Positions 38,810 through 52,872 of a stretch of 64,000 nucleotides of DNA are shown piece after piece. The DNA comes from Macrostomum hystrix. Its lineage: Eukaryota; Animalia; Platyhelminthes. The notes under the pieces are model-generated. The model had not been told where the DNA came from. It made no database searches and saw nothing but the letters and a program-made list of their open reading frames with translations. The position numbers and the translations under genes are program-made. How positions within the stretch are numbered: the stretch's first letter is position 1; every line of letters starts with the position of its first letter. The stretch lies in assembly GCA_950097015.1 (NCBI GenBank), contig CATNEN010000038.1, positions 4,836,001 through 4,900,000 of the forward strand, given 5' to 3'.

Positions 38810-41182
38810 GATCTAATTGAAAATTGGCGTATTCCCTATTTTAGCCAAACCTTATTAAGTCGTAAATTCCCCTAAAGCTGGAAAATTTTCTATAGCGTTA
38901 CTATCCATTCATCTCAATGCACAATTTAGTCTCAAATGCAACAATATTTATGCAGCTACGCAAAAATCCCATAGCAACTTTTCATTATAGGCATTTAATA
39001 TTCACTTAGCCCTATTTATATAGCATGCACTAATAGTTGAATGCTTTAAAGCTATTAATGTCGAGATCAATGCGGCGGAGGCGAGAAAATTGGCGGTACG
39101 AACTTAGGATTGCCGTTTATTTGGACTGTATTTTTGGACGAAGAAATAAAACGACCGGAGCGTCCGGAGGTAAAAGCAAAAAAGAAAAAAACTAATTGAC
39201 AATTGAGCAGCAGCGACAACCTCTCACGCTGAGAGAGGTGCCATATAAAACTACGTGGTATGCACCTGCCCCGGGAATTAGGGGTGGTGGTGAAAGTGCA
39301 TACGCTCAGTACGTATAACACCCAAGGTAACGCAAACTAAGATGTACAGCTAGGTGAGCAGAGTGACGGGCAATGAGAAGACAACGAGGCGGATTGCTCA
39401 AACATTAAAAGCGGTTAAAGCCGCACACTTTACCCGCGTAATAATCATTTCTTTGCTAATAACAGCAATTACCATCTATAATCACTGTCGTGGACATGAA
39501 GGCCCACTTTTAAATTCTTAATTAAAAATCGTTCACACAAAGGCTCGCGCTTTCTGTTTTTTATTAGCATTTTTGCATGTTCGGTCACATCAGTGGTGAT
39601 AGCGAAGCTAGCTCGTACTAAGCTAGATCTGAGCTTGGCAATACTGCCTGGGACACTTTGAAATACTGTTAGCGAATTTTTTTGCATTGGACTTCTATCT
39701 ACGGTCAGGCAGTCTTTTTATTGCGCTCCTGACTCCTTTGCCAATTCATGCTATTTGGCAAATTATCGATTTTTTCCTGCCCCCTTCGTCCCAACCCCTC
39801 CAGTCTGGCCTAACCCTCTGAATTCTCTCTGCCCCCAACCAAATTAATCGGTGGCCATTAACCGCTTGCGTCAGCCCAAAAAGTTTTCACACCTCCTCTG
39901 TTCCAGCCAGATAACATTGATCGAGACTTTCTATTTAGGCAAGTGAATGGCAAAAATATCCGATGAAATAGGTTCCAGAATCACAAAACATCGGCGTCGT
40001 CGAGATATTCAACGATTCTTGTCGGGGTGTCTGGTGATTTCAAATCAGTGAGATCGTTTAACAAAACTGGCTCTGATGCAAAAAAAATTGGCAGTAAAGC
40101 CCTCACTGCGCGCAGAAGCTAAATAAATGAATGCATTGGAAAAGCCTATCTAAAACAGTTTTTAGAATCCCCTAGCAATGAAGTTAAGCTTATTAAAAAT
40201 ACGGGGCTACCGATTCGGGTCCATTTGGCATCTTTTGGTGAAAAAACTACGAAAATCGGTTGAGCCGTTCGGAAGATAGTCGATCACAAACAAGCATACA
40301 ATATATTTTAAAAAATATGATGAGTTTATGATAGTTGTTAGGTTTTATCAGAAAACAAGTTCTGTGAGTGTTTATTTTTTTAATTGACCTACAAACCGGT
40401 TTTGGTTTTATTAAAAAGACTGTTTGCAAACCGGTTAACCGGTTCTCAAAAAAGGCACGGCTCTTGGCATCCCTAGTTGCGTAACTTGCGTTCGTTCAGT
40501 TTCAGTTTCAGAATCAGATGCTTTAGTTCCACGAGTGGCCTTTATCAAATCGATTTGAATTCCATGACAATGGAAACATGGAAAAAATCAACAGAAATAG
40601 ATAAGTATAACTCATAATTTTATTGTTTCCAAAATAAAATTCGAGAGACATATAGTAGAGAAACGCCGCCTCACTAGCGATACCATCGGAGCAGGCGGGG
40701 GTGGATCCACCTGGTGCTGCGCCCCCTCAAGGGATCTGAAGACTCAGAGTGGCATTTCTGTTCAGCACGTTCTTCAAACAGGCATTCGCTATAGTCGTCA
40801 CACAGCCGCCTAGCATCTAACATTGCCCGCACTGCATTCGAGTAGATGCTTGCACTTAAATTTGTTTAAGCTTAGTACTAGCGCTGATTCAAATTTGATT
40901 CACTCGATAAACTAGAATAGAATGCACTAAAATTGGGTTCTGATTGACTGGGCATTGCTTCATAAGAGTTTAATTAATTTTATATAAGATAGTTGATGAT
41001 AATTTTCAATGCAATCAGAGGTCTTTGAACGGTTTTGGGATTGCTCTTTACGAGTAGAAAAAAGTCCGCAAATAACTCTTTAGTCCACCTATACTGCTTA
41101 CAGTAATAATGTATAGATCAGTATTTTGAGAAGAACCTTTGTGGGTTAAGGAAGCTTATTAGCACACATTTTATAACCATTC

Positions 41183-41742
41183 AGGCGTCAGAATCAAGAC
41201 ATATCTAGGCGTCAGAAGACATATCTAGGCGTCAGAAGACATATCTAGACGTCAGAAGACATATCTAGGCGTCAGAAGACATATCTAGGCGTCAGAAGAC
41301 ATATCTAGGCGTCAGAAGACATATCTAGGCGTCAGAAGACATATCTAGGCGTCAGAAGACATATCTAGACGTCAGAAGACATATCTAGACGTCAGAAGAC
41401 ATATCTAGGCGTCAGAAGACATATCTAGGCGTCAGAAGACATATCTAGGCGTCAGAAGACATATCTAGGCGTCAGAAGACATATCTAGGCGTCAGAAGAC
41501 ATATCTAGGCGTCAGAAGACATATCTAGGCGTCAGAAGACATATCTAGGCGTCAGAAGACATATCTAGGCGTCAGAAGACATATCTAGGCGTCAGAAGAC
41601 ATATCTAGGCGTCAGAAGACATATCTAGGCGTCAGAAGACATATCTAGGCGTCAGAAGACATATCTAGGCGTCAGAAGACATATCTAGGCGTCAGAAGAC
41701 ATATCTAGGCGTCAGAAGACATATCTAGGCGTCAGAAGACAT
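41183..41742. repeat. Minisatellite, 20 bp unit (gcgtcagaagacatatctag), ~27 copies
   Basis: Direct tandem copies. Confidence 0.98.
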
Positions 41743-41790
41743 AATCATGTGTCAAGTATGCATCCTAATGTCAAATTAAGGAGCAGAAAC

Positions 41791-41978
41791 GTCCGAAGAC
41801 TAATCTGATTATGATTGAAGATACATTTAGGTGTCCGAAGACAAATTCTGGTTTCCGAATACACTTTCACGTCGATTACGTCCGAAGACTAATCTGATTA
41901 TGATTGAAGATACATTTAGGTGTCCGAAGACAAATTCTGGTTTCCAAATACACTTTCACGTCGATTACGTCCGAAGAC
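41791..41978. repeat. 89 bp tandem duplication containing gtccgaaga motifs
   Basis: gtccgaagac at 41791, 41880 and 41969. Confidence 0.9.
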
Positions 41979-42354
41979 ACATTAATGTGTTCGAAGACTC
42001 AGGTGTAAAATAAACAATTCTTATGTGCTGTCGGTTCAAAACAAGTTACAAAAGTGTTAATATGATCTGGCAACTTGAAACTCATTTGTTGCAAGCTGCA
42101 TTCAGGTTTTAAAATACACTTTAATGTGCCAGAGTGTGTTTCTAGGCATCATAAATGTCATGGCCTTTCTGATTAGTCTTTTATCGTATTTTGTGCTTTT
42201 AATTTTTCCGGCTTTGTTTATACAGTGGCGCCTGTCGTTATTCATTGTGCGCGAAAGCCTATTTAAGGCGGTAATTCGAAATAGTTCTCGCTGTGGTTTG
42301 GCCCGAGTGGAGGCATTCTTCTTTCGTGAATATTTTCTTAAAACTGCGCAAAAC

Positions 42355-45300
42355 ATGGCTGCCGAGGTAAGTTTTATGAGTTTTTATTACAAATTTCGCA
42401 ACAAAATTGGAACGTACCTTGTTTGAGAACAGTACTTAGAAATTTGCCTATTAAGAGGTCTTCATGACAAAAGAACAGTGTTTAAATTTCTTATGAGATG
42501 ATGTTGAGAACTGACATGAGAAAGTGTTGAGAACTCCCATGAGACGACGTTGAGAACTCGTATGAGATGACTCCCCTTCACTGTCTCTCATTCACCAGCC
42601 GGGTACCAGCAAGAAGGAGGCTGGCAAGAAAAAGCTTGACGACCTCAAGCGGGAGCTGGAGATAGATGATCACCGCATCGACATCCAACAGCTGTACAGC
42701 CGCCTGGAGACCAACCCGACCACCGGCATCACTGTTCAGGAGGCGGCCGAGAGGCTGGCTAAGTACGGCCGCAACGAGCTGACGCCGCCGAAGACGACAC
42801 CGGAGTGGATCAAGTTCTGCAAGACGCTGTTCGGCGGCTTCTCGCTGCTGCTGTGGATCGGCGCCATTCTCTGCTTCATCGCCTACGGCATCCAGACCAG
42901 CGCCTACGAGAACCCGCCAGGAGATAATCTCTACCTGGGCATCGTGCTCACTTTTGTTGTGGTTGTCACGGGAGTGTTCTCTTATTATCAGGACGCCAAG
43001 TCCGCCAAGATCATGGAGAGCTTCAAGAAGATGGTGCCACAGCACGCCATTGCCAAGCGGGGCGGCCAGAAGCTCAACATTCCCGCCGAGGAGCTCGTCA
43101 TCGGTGACATCGTCGAGGTGAGGCTTGGCGACCGGGTGCCAGCCGACATTCGGGTCATCGAGGCGCACGGCTTCAAGGTGGACAACTCGGCGCTGACTGG
43201 CGAGTCCGAGCCGCAGTCACGAACCGCTGAATACACCAACGAGAACCCGCTCGAGACTAAGAACCTGGCCTTCTTCTCAACTAACGCTGTGGAGGGTGAG
43301 CGCTGCTTTGGGCCTGAGGCTTCACTGTAATCTGTCTGTCACTCCCGCCTCTTCCAGATTCTGTCACTCTACCAGATTCTGTCCCTCTATCAGATTCTGT
43401 CACTCTATCAGATTCTATCACTCTATCAGATTCTGTCACTCTATCAGATTCTGTCACTCTATCAGATTCTATCACTCTATCAGATTCTGTCACTCTATCA
43501 GATTCTGTCACTCTATCAGATTCTGCCACTCTACCAGATTCTGTCACTCTGTCACTCAATCAGATTCTGCCACTCTACCAGATTCTGTCCCTCTATCAGA
43601 TTCTGTCACTCTATTAGATTCTGTCACTCTATCAGATTCTGTCACTCTTCCAGATTCTGTTGCTCTCCCTCTTACAATGTTCTTTTTTGACACGATGTAC
43701 CCATATAAGTTTTGTCCGAAGCTTGCCATTATCAGTCACTTTATTGCCACGGGGCAAAGTTGTTAATTTTTTACTCTCTGTTTATCATTAACTTTTAGTT
43801 TTCCTCGGGTAATAATAACATTTTGTCCCTTAGACAAGTGATTGATAAAGTTTTGTGAAGAATCGACTATTGGAGAACAATGGCTGTGCAGCAGAGCAGT
43901 CTTAACTCGTATTTTACGAGTTCACCGCCGACCCTGGCAGTTTTTGCTAGGAACAAAAGATAGACTTATTTGTTACAGGCTTTATTTATTAAATCCAGGC
44001 TAATTCGGTTGGTTCTGGTGAAAACCCGAGAGAAGAAGCTTTGACCCCACGGCTGCAGGGCCGGCTGAGACTTGTCTTGCCGAGTGTCGCAACTCGAGCC
44101 CCAACCCCAGTCTAAACTGGGGCTCACTGCAGAGTCTGAGCTCACAGCAGCCTCACAAAACCTGAGCTTCACATTTCAGCCCGCCGGCCTGGCTCTGCCC
44201 CCAACCGACCTCCTACCCTGCTCAAGCGTGTCTCATTGTTTGGCACAATAAGGCCCCGAGCATGCGGTTCACAGATGCACATTGTGAATGCGTGACTCAC
44301 GCACACAGAGAATTCGAAAAACGCACACGGAGCGGCTCAATCTGGGCCATTGGAGTTTTTTGTGTCATTTAATTTGACTCGGAACCTGTTACAGGTGGTT
44401 CTTGGTGCCAAGGTGCTGATCGTGAACCTTCTTTGGACAGGAAGTTCAAATGTGGACAAATTAAGCGCGTTATAGTGAAGCACTATGCCATGAGAGAACG
44501 GTAGTTTCAAATTAATTAAAGCCTAGGTACGCATTGCCCTACTCGCTAATTGATAATTTGCTCCTGCCGAAATCCGAACTGTTTTTGAAGTTTTGCTTTT
44601 CTACTTACAAAATTACCAACAAAGGACGAATTTGCACTGTACTGTGCTGTCCTGTACTGTACTGTACTGTGCTGTCCTGTACTGTACTGTACTGCGGTTT
44701 TTGTGCAATCTTTGAAACATCTTCGAGTCTTAATTTACTTGTAATTTACTACAGTAATAGAGTGACACAATGACTGGAGTGACACAGTCAGTGGAATCAG
44801 AAGATCGAATACCTCCACCTCACTCCATACAGGCACCTGCACAGGTATCGTGATCGCCACAGGTGACAACACCGTGATGGGCCGCATCGCCAACCTGGCC
44901 TCCGGCCTGGAGATGGGAGAGACTCCCATTGCCAGGGAGATCCAGCACTTCATCCACATCATCACCGGTGTTGCCGTCTTCCTCGGCGTCTCCTTCTTCA
45001 TCATCGCCTTCATCCTGCAGTACAACTGGCTGGAGGCCGTCATCTTCCTCATCGGCATCATCGTGGCCAACGTGCCCGAAGGCCTCCTGGCCACCGTCAC
45101 CGTCTGCCTGACCCTCACCGCCAAGCGAATGGCCTCCAAGAACTGCCTGGTGAAGAACCTGGAAGCTGTCGAAACGCTGGGATCCACCAGCACCATTTGC
45201 TCGGACAAGACCGGTGAGTTGGGGTGGAATCGAAGATGGAATCGAAGATGGAATCGAAGATGGAATCGAAGATGGAATCGAAGATGGAATCGAAGATGGA

Positions 45301-48300
45301 ATCGAAGATGGAATCGAAGATGGAATCGAAGATGGAATCGAAGATGGAATCGAAGATGGAATCGAAGATGGAATCGAAGATGGAATCGAAGATGGAATCG
45401 AAGATGGAATCGAAGATGGAATCGAAGATGGAATCGAAGATGGAATCGAAGATGGAATCGAAGATGGAATCGAAGATGGAATCGAAGATGGAATCGAAGA
45501 TGGAATCGAAGATGGAAGAATATTAGGCAGAATCGTAGGTAGAATCGTACGAAGCCGAGTATGTAGAACTGCGCTATGAATAACTTTTGATGTTATGAAT
45601 AAAACCTTAAGTTTTATCTTCAGGGGCTCATCCTTAGACAAAAACAGCATTTTTTGTTTTTTTTTGTCAAGATTAATCAAGTACGAATAAAAAAGCATTC
45701 AAAAAGCTGCATAGCTCGTAAATCAAGCTGGTTTCGCTATGCCTTAAGTTTTCTCATTGGAGCGGCAAGTTAATTTTGAGATGAATAATCGCGGGCATCT
45801 CACCAATACACAGGCAGGTTAGTGAGTGTACGACTGAAAATTAGATTTCAAGCTGCAGTCCGCCTGGCCCAGAGATCTGGGGAAACAATAAAGCCCGAAC
45901 GACTGAGCACGCTGCGCACAATGGCTAATAAGAAAAAGCAGCAAATTGGAGTGGAAAAAGCAAACTCAGGGGCTTTCCATGATGGAAAACCCCCAGCTCG
46001 AGCGGCAAGTAGATGGCCATTGTGGCCCGGGCTTGAGAACCAACTTCAGCCTGTATTTCTGCGCTTGTCTCTTCTAAGCAGTTTCCTCAGGTACTCAAAG
46101 TAAAGAAACGATGGCCCACTGTACCCAGTGAGTAGTTGTGACCGAATTGTACGGGGAGAAAGCTTAAAGCTTAAATACTACTTGGTTTAGCACTCCAAGC
46201 TGGAAGCATTGCTATCAGGTCTTTAAGCGTGTCGAACAGTTTAAAAATGAGATGGTGCGCACTTTTTACACAGATGAAAACCGAGTAAATGGAATGAAAA
46301 CACTGTTTAAAAACTGCTTTAGATTTGCTCAGAGGAGTCGAAAATAAAGTGTATGCATATTAGTTTTGCTTTCCTCTACATATACAAGTATATTCATCGC
46401 AGTCCACAAGTTTCAAGTCATACGCTCGTATGTAACGTCAAACTCTACGCTATGAGTCTATTAGTACCTTAGGGATGCTGCAATGAAGCCCTTATAACAA
46501 ATCGCACATCCAATGAAACATTGCTACTGCAGGCACGCTAACGCAGAACCGCATGACCGTTGCTCACATGTGGTGCAACAATGCCATCGTGGAGACGGAC
46601 ACGTCCGAGAACCAGACCACATCAAGCCGGAGGGACAACTCGCCCGAGTGGATGGCGCTCAGCCGCTGCGCGATGCTTTGCAACCGCGCCGAGTTTAAAG
46701 CTGGTGAGGAGTCCAAGCCAGTGCTCAAGCGTGAGTGCAACGGAGACGCGTCGGAGAGCGCCCTGTTGAAATGCGTTGAGCTCAGCATCGGTGGCGTCAG
46801 CACCTGCCGACAGAACAACCCAAAGGTGTGCGAGATCCCCTTCAACAGCACCAACAAGTACCAGGTGTCAGTTCACCGCACGGACGACAAGGACCAGCGC
46901 CACCTGGTCGTGATGAAGGGCGCACCAGAGCGAGTTCTTGACAGATGCTCCACCATTTACATAGATGGAAAGGAGGTCCAGATGGACGATAACTGGAAGG
47001 CGGCCTTCAACAAAGCTTACGAGGACCTCGGTGGTCTCGGTGAGCGAGTTCTTGGCTTCTGTGACCTGCGGTTGTCGGTCGAGGATTTTCCCAAAGGCTT
47101 CGTGTTCGACTCTGAAGGGCAGAACTTCCCCCTGAATAATATGCGCTTCGTGGGCCTCATGTCCATGATCGACCCGCCCAGGGCGGCTGTCCCTGACGCC
47201 GTTGCCAAGTGCCGCTCCGCTGGTATCAAGGTGCGAGCTGAAGACTAAGCTGACTTGAATTAACTCAAAATGTGCTCAGGTTTTATTATTCGCTTCAATA
47301 GCTCGCGCTTCAGCACAGATTGATCAATAAACAATTCATCTAATTTTAGTCCACATAAAATCTCTTCTAGGTAATCATGGTCACAGGTGACCATCCGATC
47401 ACAGCCAAGGCCATTGCAAAAAGCGTGGGCATCATTAGCCCCGAGAACCGCACTGTGGATGACATTGCAAGCGAGCGTGGCATCGAGCCGGCCGCAGTAA
47501 ACCCTCGTGACGCCCTGGCCTGCGTTGTGCACGGTTCCGACCTGCGCGACATGACGCCCTCCCAGATTGACGACGTTCTGAAGAACCACCCGGAGATCGT
47601 GTTCGCCCGCACCAGCCCACAGCAGAAGCTCATCATCGTGGAGGGCTGCCAGCGTCAGGGAGCCATCGTGGCTGTCACGGGCGATGGCGTCAACGACTCA
47701 CCAGCGCTGAAAAAGGCCGACATCGGAGTCGCCATGGGCATCGCCGGCAGCGACGTCAGCAAACAGGCGGCCGACATGATCCTTCTTGACGACAACTTTG
47801 CGTCGATCGTTACAGGCGTGGAGGAGGGCCGCATCATCTTCGACAACCTGAAGAAGTCCATCGCTTACACCCTGACCTCCAACATCCCGGAGATCTCACC
47901 TTTCCTAGCCTTCATCCTGGCTGACATTCCGCTGCCCCTCGGCACCATCACCATCCTGTGCATCGACCTCGGCACCGACATGGTCCCTGCCATCTCCCTG
48001 GCCTACGAGGAAGCCGAGAGTGACATTATGAAGCGGAAACCGCGCGACCCGAAGAAGGACAACCTGGTGAACGAGCGCCTCATCAGCATGGCGTACGGCC
48101 AGATCGGCATGATCCAGGCCAGCGGCGGCTTCTTCGTCTACTTTGCCATCCTGGCCGAGAACGGCTTCCTGCCTCGGCGGCTGCTCGGAATTCGCAAGGA
48201 GTGGGACAGCGAGGGCGTCAACGACCTTCAGGACAGCTACGGCCAGGAGTGGGTGAGTTTGAAGATCTGGATTCTTGGTTCGAGACACTGGCTGTCTTGG

Positions 48301-48710
48301 AAAGCTTTTAGGAATCGATTTCATAAAACCAACCTCTCCCAAACGCCGTGCAGACCTACGCCCAACGCAAAAGGCTGGAGTACACCTGTCACACGGCCTT
48401 CTTTGCCAGCATCGTGGTGGTACAGTGGACCGACCTGATGATCTGCAAGACTCGCCGGCTATCCATCTTCCACCAGGGCATGTACAATCACCAGCTCACT
48501 TTCGGTCTGTTCTTCGAGACCACCCTGGCGATATTCCTGTCTTACTGCCCCGGCCTGGACAAGGCGCTGCGCATGCAGCCCATGCGCTTCACATGGTGGC
48601 TGCCGGCGCTCCCGTTCTCCTTCGCCATAATTACTTACGACGAGGCGAGAAAATACCTGCTGCGAAAGTTCCCCACGGGCAGCTGGTTGGAGCGCGAGAC
48701 ATACTACTGA
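42355..48710 (+). CDS. ATP1A: Na+/K+-transporting ATPase alpha subunit (P2C, ~1008 aa); exons 42355-42366, 42599-43295, 44833-45213, 46533-47230, 47371-48252, 48354-48710
   Basis: [24 protein letters not shown] (split by an intron), [38 protein letters not shown]-terminal WLERETYY; all junctions GT-AG in phase (3027 nt). The 4-codon first exon (MAAE|gtaagt) is less certain; AATAAA at 48904. Confidence 0.97.
43337..43660. repeat. Intronic 18 bp minisatellite (cagattctgtcactctat)
   Basis: Direct tandem copies. Confidence 0.95.
44635..44693. repeat. (GTACT)n-like short microsatellite
   Basis: Direct observation. Confidence 0.85.
45224..45517. repeat. Intronic perfect 12 bp array (ggaatcgaagat), ~24 copies
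   Basis: Starts 10 bp after the donor at 45214. Confidence 0.98.
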
Positions 48711-49697
48711 TCATGCGGACTAATAATAGTACTGTGCAACAAATTTTGCATATTTTTTCTCTTCACTGTGGAAGAGAATTGCTTTTTCGACTGATTGAAT
48801 CTGATTATTGTCGCTTGACTGATCAGAAAAACAACTTTTTTTCTAGACTTCCAAATGGAGGACTTCGATTTTAGGTCTCATCGACACGCTTGCACTAGAT
48901 TTCAATAAAGAATTTTCACATTTCCTAAGCTAGAACTGATTGACCTCGGCACTCCGCATTCAATTTATTAGAGATATTGTCTCGGATGAATTAAAATTAG
49001 ACACAAAATTCTTTTCACATTGCAAATGCTGCCTGGCCCACTGAAATCAGCTCACACCCCTGTACTAATGCCTCTTATCTCTACTCATAGTAGTGGTGTT
49101 AAAAATATTTTTTCTAATTCAAATTTTATAGCAAAATATGAGAAATTCTTGCTTTTGCTCTAGCAGGGTAGAGGTCAACTATGAGAACGTATGAGTACAT
49201 CTAGTTGGCTAGCTTAAGTGCTTTTTTATTATCTTTAATATGGAAATTTGGAGTGCTAACTAATTCTATATATTCAAGATAATTACACAATCACATGCGC
49301 AAATGCACGGACTGCATGCATTGGACTCAACATGTGATTTCGTGGTGTTGTGTTTGTGATTTTTAAGTGTAGCATGTCTGTGTATAGCTTTCAGAATTAT
49401 AGAGCATGAAGGAATTACAGATCTAAAATGAAACTCCAAATTTTGAAGTAAAATGAAAAAATTGCACGGTTACATACAAGTTTCGGTAAATTCTAAAGGA
49501 ACTTTCTTTGAAATTAAACACTTTGAGCTGAACTGCCACCCACGTGCTGTGACCAGCAAACCGTGAAACGATTGCGAGCCTCTTCTTCGCAGAAATTCGC
49601 AGATGATTGAGCAGTCACGGAAAAAGCTTCGGTATCAAAAGGCATCGCTGAGAATTGTAGCCTGCATTGCGTTTTCTACTTCTGATTCTGTCACGCT

Positions 49698-51905
49698 CTA
49701 GCCACTGACCATTCACCCATTAGCCACTCATGATTCACCCACTAGCCACTGACCATTCACCCATTAGCCACTCATGATTCACCCTCTAGCCACTGACCAT
49801 TCACCCATTAGCCACTCATGATTCACCCACTAGCCACTGACCATTCACCCATTAGCCACTCATTATTCACCCACTAGCCACTGACCATTCACCCATTAGC
49901 CACTCATGATTCACCTATTAGCCACTCATGATTCACCCACAAGCCACTCACCATTCACCCATTAGCCACTCATGATTCACCCACTAGCCACTGACCATTC
50001 ACCCATTAGCCACTCATGATTCACCTACTAGCCACTCATGATTCACCCACAAGCCACTCACCATTCACCCATTAGCCACTCATGATTCACCCACTAGCCA
50101 CTGACCATTCACCCATTAGACACTCATGATTCACCCTCTAGCCACTGACCATTCACCCATTAGCCACTCATGATTCACCCACTAGCCACTGACCATTCAC
50201 CCATTAGACACTCATGATTCACCCACTAGCCACTGACCATTCACCCATTAGCCACTCATGATTCACCCACTAGCCACTGACCATTCACCCATTAGCCACT
50301 CATGATTCACCCTCTAGCCACTGACCATTCACCCATTAGACACTCATGATTCACCCACTAGCCACTGACCATTCACCCATTAGCCACTCATGATTCACCC
50401 ACTAGCCACTGACCATTCACCCATTAGCCACTCATGATTCACCCTCTAGCCACTGACCATTCACCCATTAGCCACTCATGATTCACCCACTAGCCACTGA
50501 CCATTCACCCATTAGACACTCATGATTCACCCACTAGCCACTGACCATTCACCCATTAGCCACTCATGATTCACCCACTAGCCACTGACCATTCACCCAT
50601 TAGCCACTCATGATTCACCTACTAGCCACTCATGATTCACCCACAAGCCACTCACCATTCACCCATTAGCCACTCATGATTCACCCACTAGCCACTGACC
50701 ATTCACCCATTAGACACTCATGATTCACCCTCTAGCCACTGACCATTCACCCATTAGCCACTCATGATTCACCCTCTAGCCACTGACCATTCACCCATTA
50801 GCCACTCATGATTCACCCTCTAGCCACTGACCATTCACCCATTAGCCACTCATGATTCACCCACTAGCCACTGACCATTCACCCATTAGACACTCATGAT
50901 TCACCCACTAGCCACTGACCATTCACCCATTAGCCACTCATGATTCACCCACTAGCCACTGACCATTCACCCATTAGCCACTCATGATTCACCCTCTAGC
51001 CACTGACCATTCACCCATTAGCCACTCATGATTCACCCACTAGCCACTGACCATTCACCCATTAGACACTCATGATTCACCCACTAGCCACTGACCATTC
51101 ACCCATTAGCCACTCATGATTCACCCACTAGCCACTGACCATTCACCCATTAGCCACTCATGATTCACCTATTAGCCACTCATGATTCACCCACAAGCCA
51201 CTCACCATTCACCCATTAGCCACTCATGATTCACCCACTAGCCACTGACCATTCACCCATTAGACACTCATGATTCACCCTCTAGCCACTGACCATTCAC
51301 CCATTAGCCACTCATGATTCACCCTCTAGCCACTGACCATTCACCCATTAGCCACTCATGATTCACCCACTAGCCACTGACCATTCACCCATTAGCCACT
51401 CATGATTCACCCTCTAGCCACTGACCATTCACCCATTAGCCACTCATGATTCACCCTCTAGCCACTGACCATTCACCCATTAGCCACTCATGATTCACCC
51501 TCTAGCCACTGACCATTCACCCATTAGCCACTCATGATTCACCCTCTAGCCACTGACCATTCACCCATTAGCCACTCATGATTCACCCTCTAGCCACTGA
51601 CCATTCACCCATTAGCCACTCATGATTCACCTATTAGCCACTCATGATTCACCCAGTAGCCACTGACCATTCACCCACTAGCCACTCACCATTAACACAT
51701 TAGCTACTCACCATTCAAACATTAGATACTCCATAATCACCCACTAGCCACTCCTCAATCACCCACTAGCCACTCCCCAATCACCCACTAGCCACTCCTC
51801 AATCACCCACTAGCCACTCCTCAATCACCCACTAGCCACTCCTCAATCACCCACTAGCCACTCCTCAATCACCCACTAGCCACTCCCCAATCACCCACTA
51901 GCCAC
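49698..51905. repeat. 2.2 kb satellite, 44 bp dimer of two alternating 22 bp monomers
   Basis: tagccactgaccattcacccat / tagccactcatgattcacccac alternate; a third monomer type at the right end. Confidence 0.98.
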
Positions 51906-52094
51906 TTGTCTATATTTAAAACATAATTGTCAGTTCCCAAGCTATTTTTTTTTCACAGCTAGAATTGGCACCAAATTTCTGTAACAAATACAAAGGTGCG
52001 CAGCGTGGACGTCGTTGAATCAGGAATTATCAGCTCGGGGAATCAACCAATGATTTGGAGCCGATCAGGGTTCAGCATTACCAGACTTCCTCAG

Positions 52095-52155
52095 CCAATA
52101 AGCTATCGACCCGATGGCAGTATAAATAGTTTCCGGTAATTGCGCTTGCCTCATT
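52095..52155 (+). promoter_or_regulatory. Putative core promoter of the insulin-like peptide gene
   Basis: CCAAT at 52095, TATAAATA at 52121, Inr-like TCATT at 52151 (A is 32 bp from the TATA start). Confidence 0.55.
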
Positions 52156-52324
52156 GTTAAGGAGTATAATCTTGACTAAATTATTTTGTAGGCAATAAAG
52201 AAAAAAGCTTACCGTGTTGGGCAGCCTTCAGCTTGCCGCTCCCATTGCTTTGTACACTATCATTGGGAGAATTATCCCACACACTTTTCCGATACATTCC
52301 CTCGCTCTGCATTCCTAATAGGCA

Positions 52325-52872
52325 ATGTCTCACTGGGCTGTGTTTGCTGTCATTGTGATTGGCGCCTGCATCTTTGTCACCCCAGTCTCGATGCAGTTCA
52401 CTCAGGAGGAGCAGTACAATGACCCGGTAGGCTCCGTTGGTTAGACTAAGACCTGTTAAATTAGCTTCTACTTAAATGAGATTTTGCGCAATCTTCTCAT
52501 TTTTAGGACGAGTTCGTTAACGCATGCGGAGGCGAGCTACTGCTAACGGTGTTCAAGGTGTGCAGAGGCAGCGTGTACTCGGAGTCCAGCCGCTTCTCAG
52601 TAGCCAAGAAGTTCAGAGAGATGAGTGAGCAGTCCGCCCAAAGGATTCCGCACTGGTCCCTGGCTTTCAATCCTTTTTTCTCAAAACCTTGATCGCTTGC
52701 TCATAAACTCCAACCCGCAGGAACCGAAGTCATGAAGCGATCTATACCGCTGCCCGAGGTGATCTGCCGACTGTACAACCACGGCCTCGTCAGCAGCTGC
52801 TGCTGCAGACCTTGCACTGTGCGCTACATCGGCAGCTACTGCGCTGAACCACCAAACTTTAGTCGCGGCTGA
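52325..52872 (+). CDS. ilp: Insulin-like peptide precursor (123 aa); exons 52325-52426, 52507-52624, 52721-52872
   Basis: Manual translation: signal MSHWAVFAVIVIGACIFVTPVSM; B chain ACGGELLLTVFKVC (C-x11-C); KK and KR sites; A chain ICRLYNHGLVSSCCCRPCTVRYIGSYC (CC-x3-C-x8-C); GT-AG introns phase 0 and 1. Confidence 0.92.

Noticed and set aside
40390-40476. aaccggtt motifs ending in ggcatccctag, like a hAT/MITE end
   Set aside because: No matching opposite terminus or TSD found
45214-45579. WNRR / IEDG / MESK extension of the ATPase ORF
   Set aside because: Read-through into an intron; DKTG|T resumes at 46533
47368-47375. TAG|GTAAT recursive-like splice site in the ATPase
   Set aside because: GTA ATC encodes conserved V-I of KVIMVTGD; explained by protein constraint
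42578-48342. Antisense and alternate-frame ORFs over ATPase exons (also over GPCR and neuropeptide exons)
   Set aside because: Shadow ORFs expected from GC-rich codon usage
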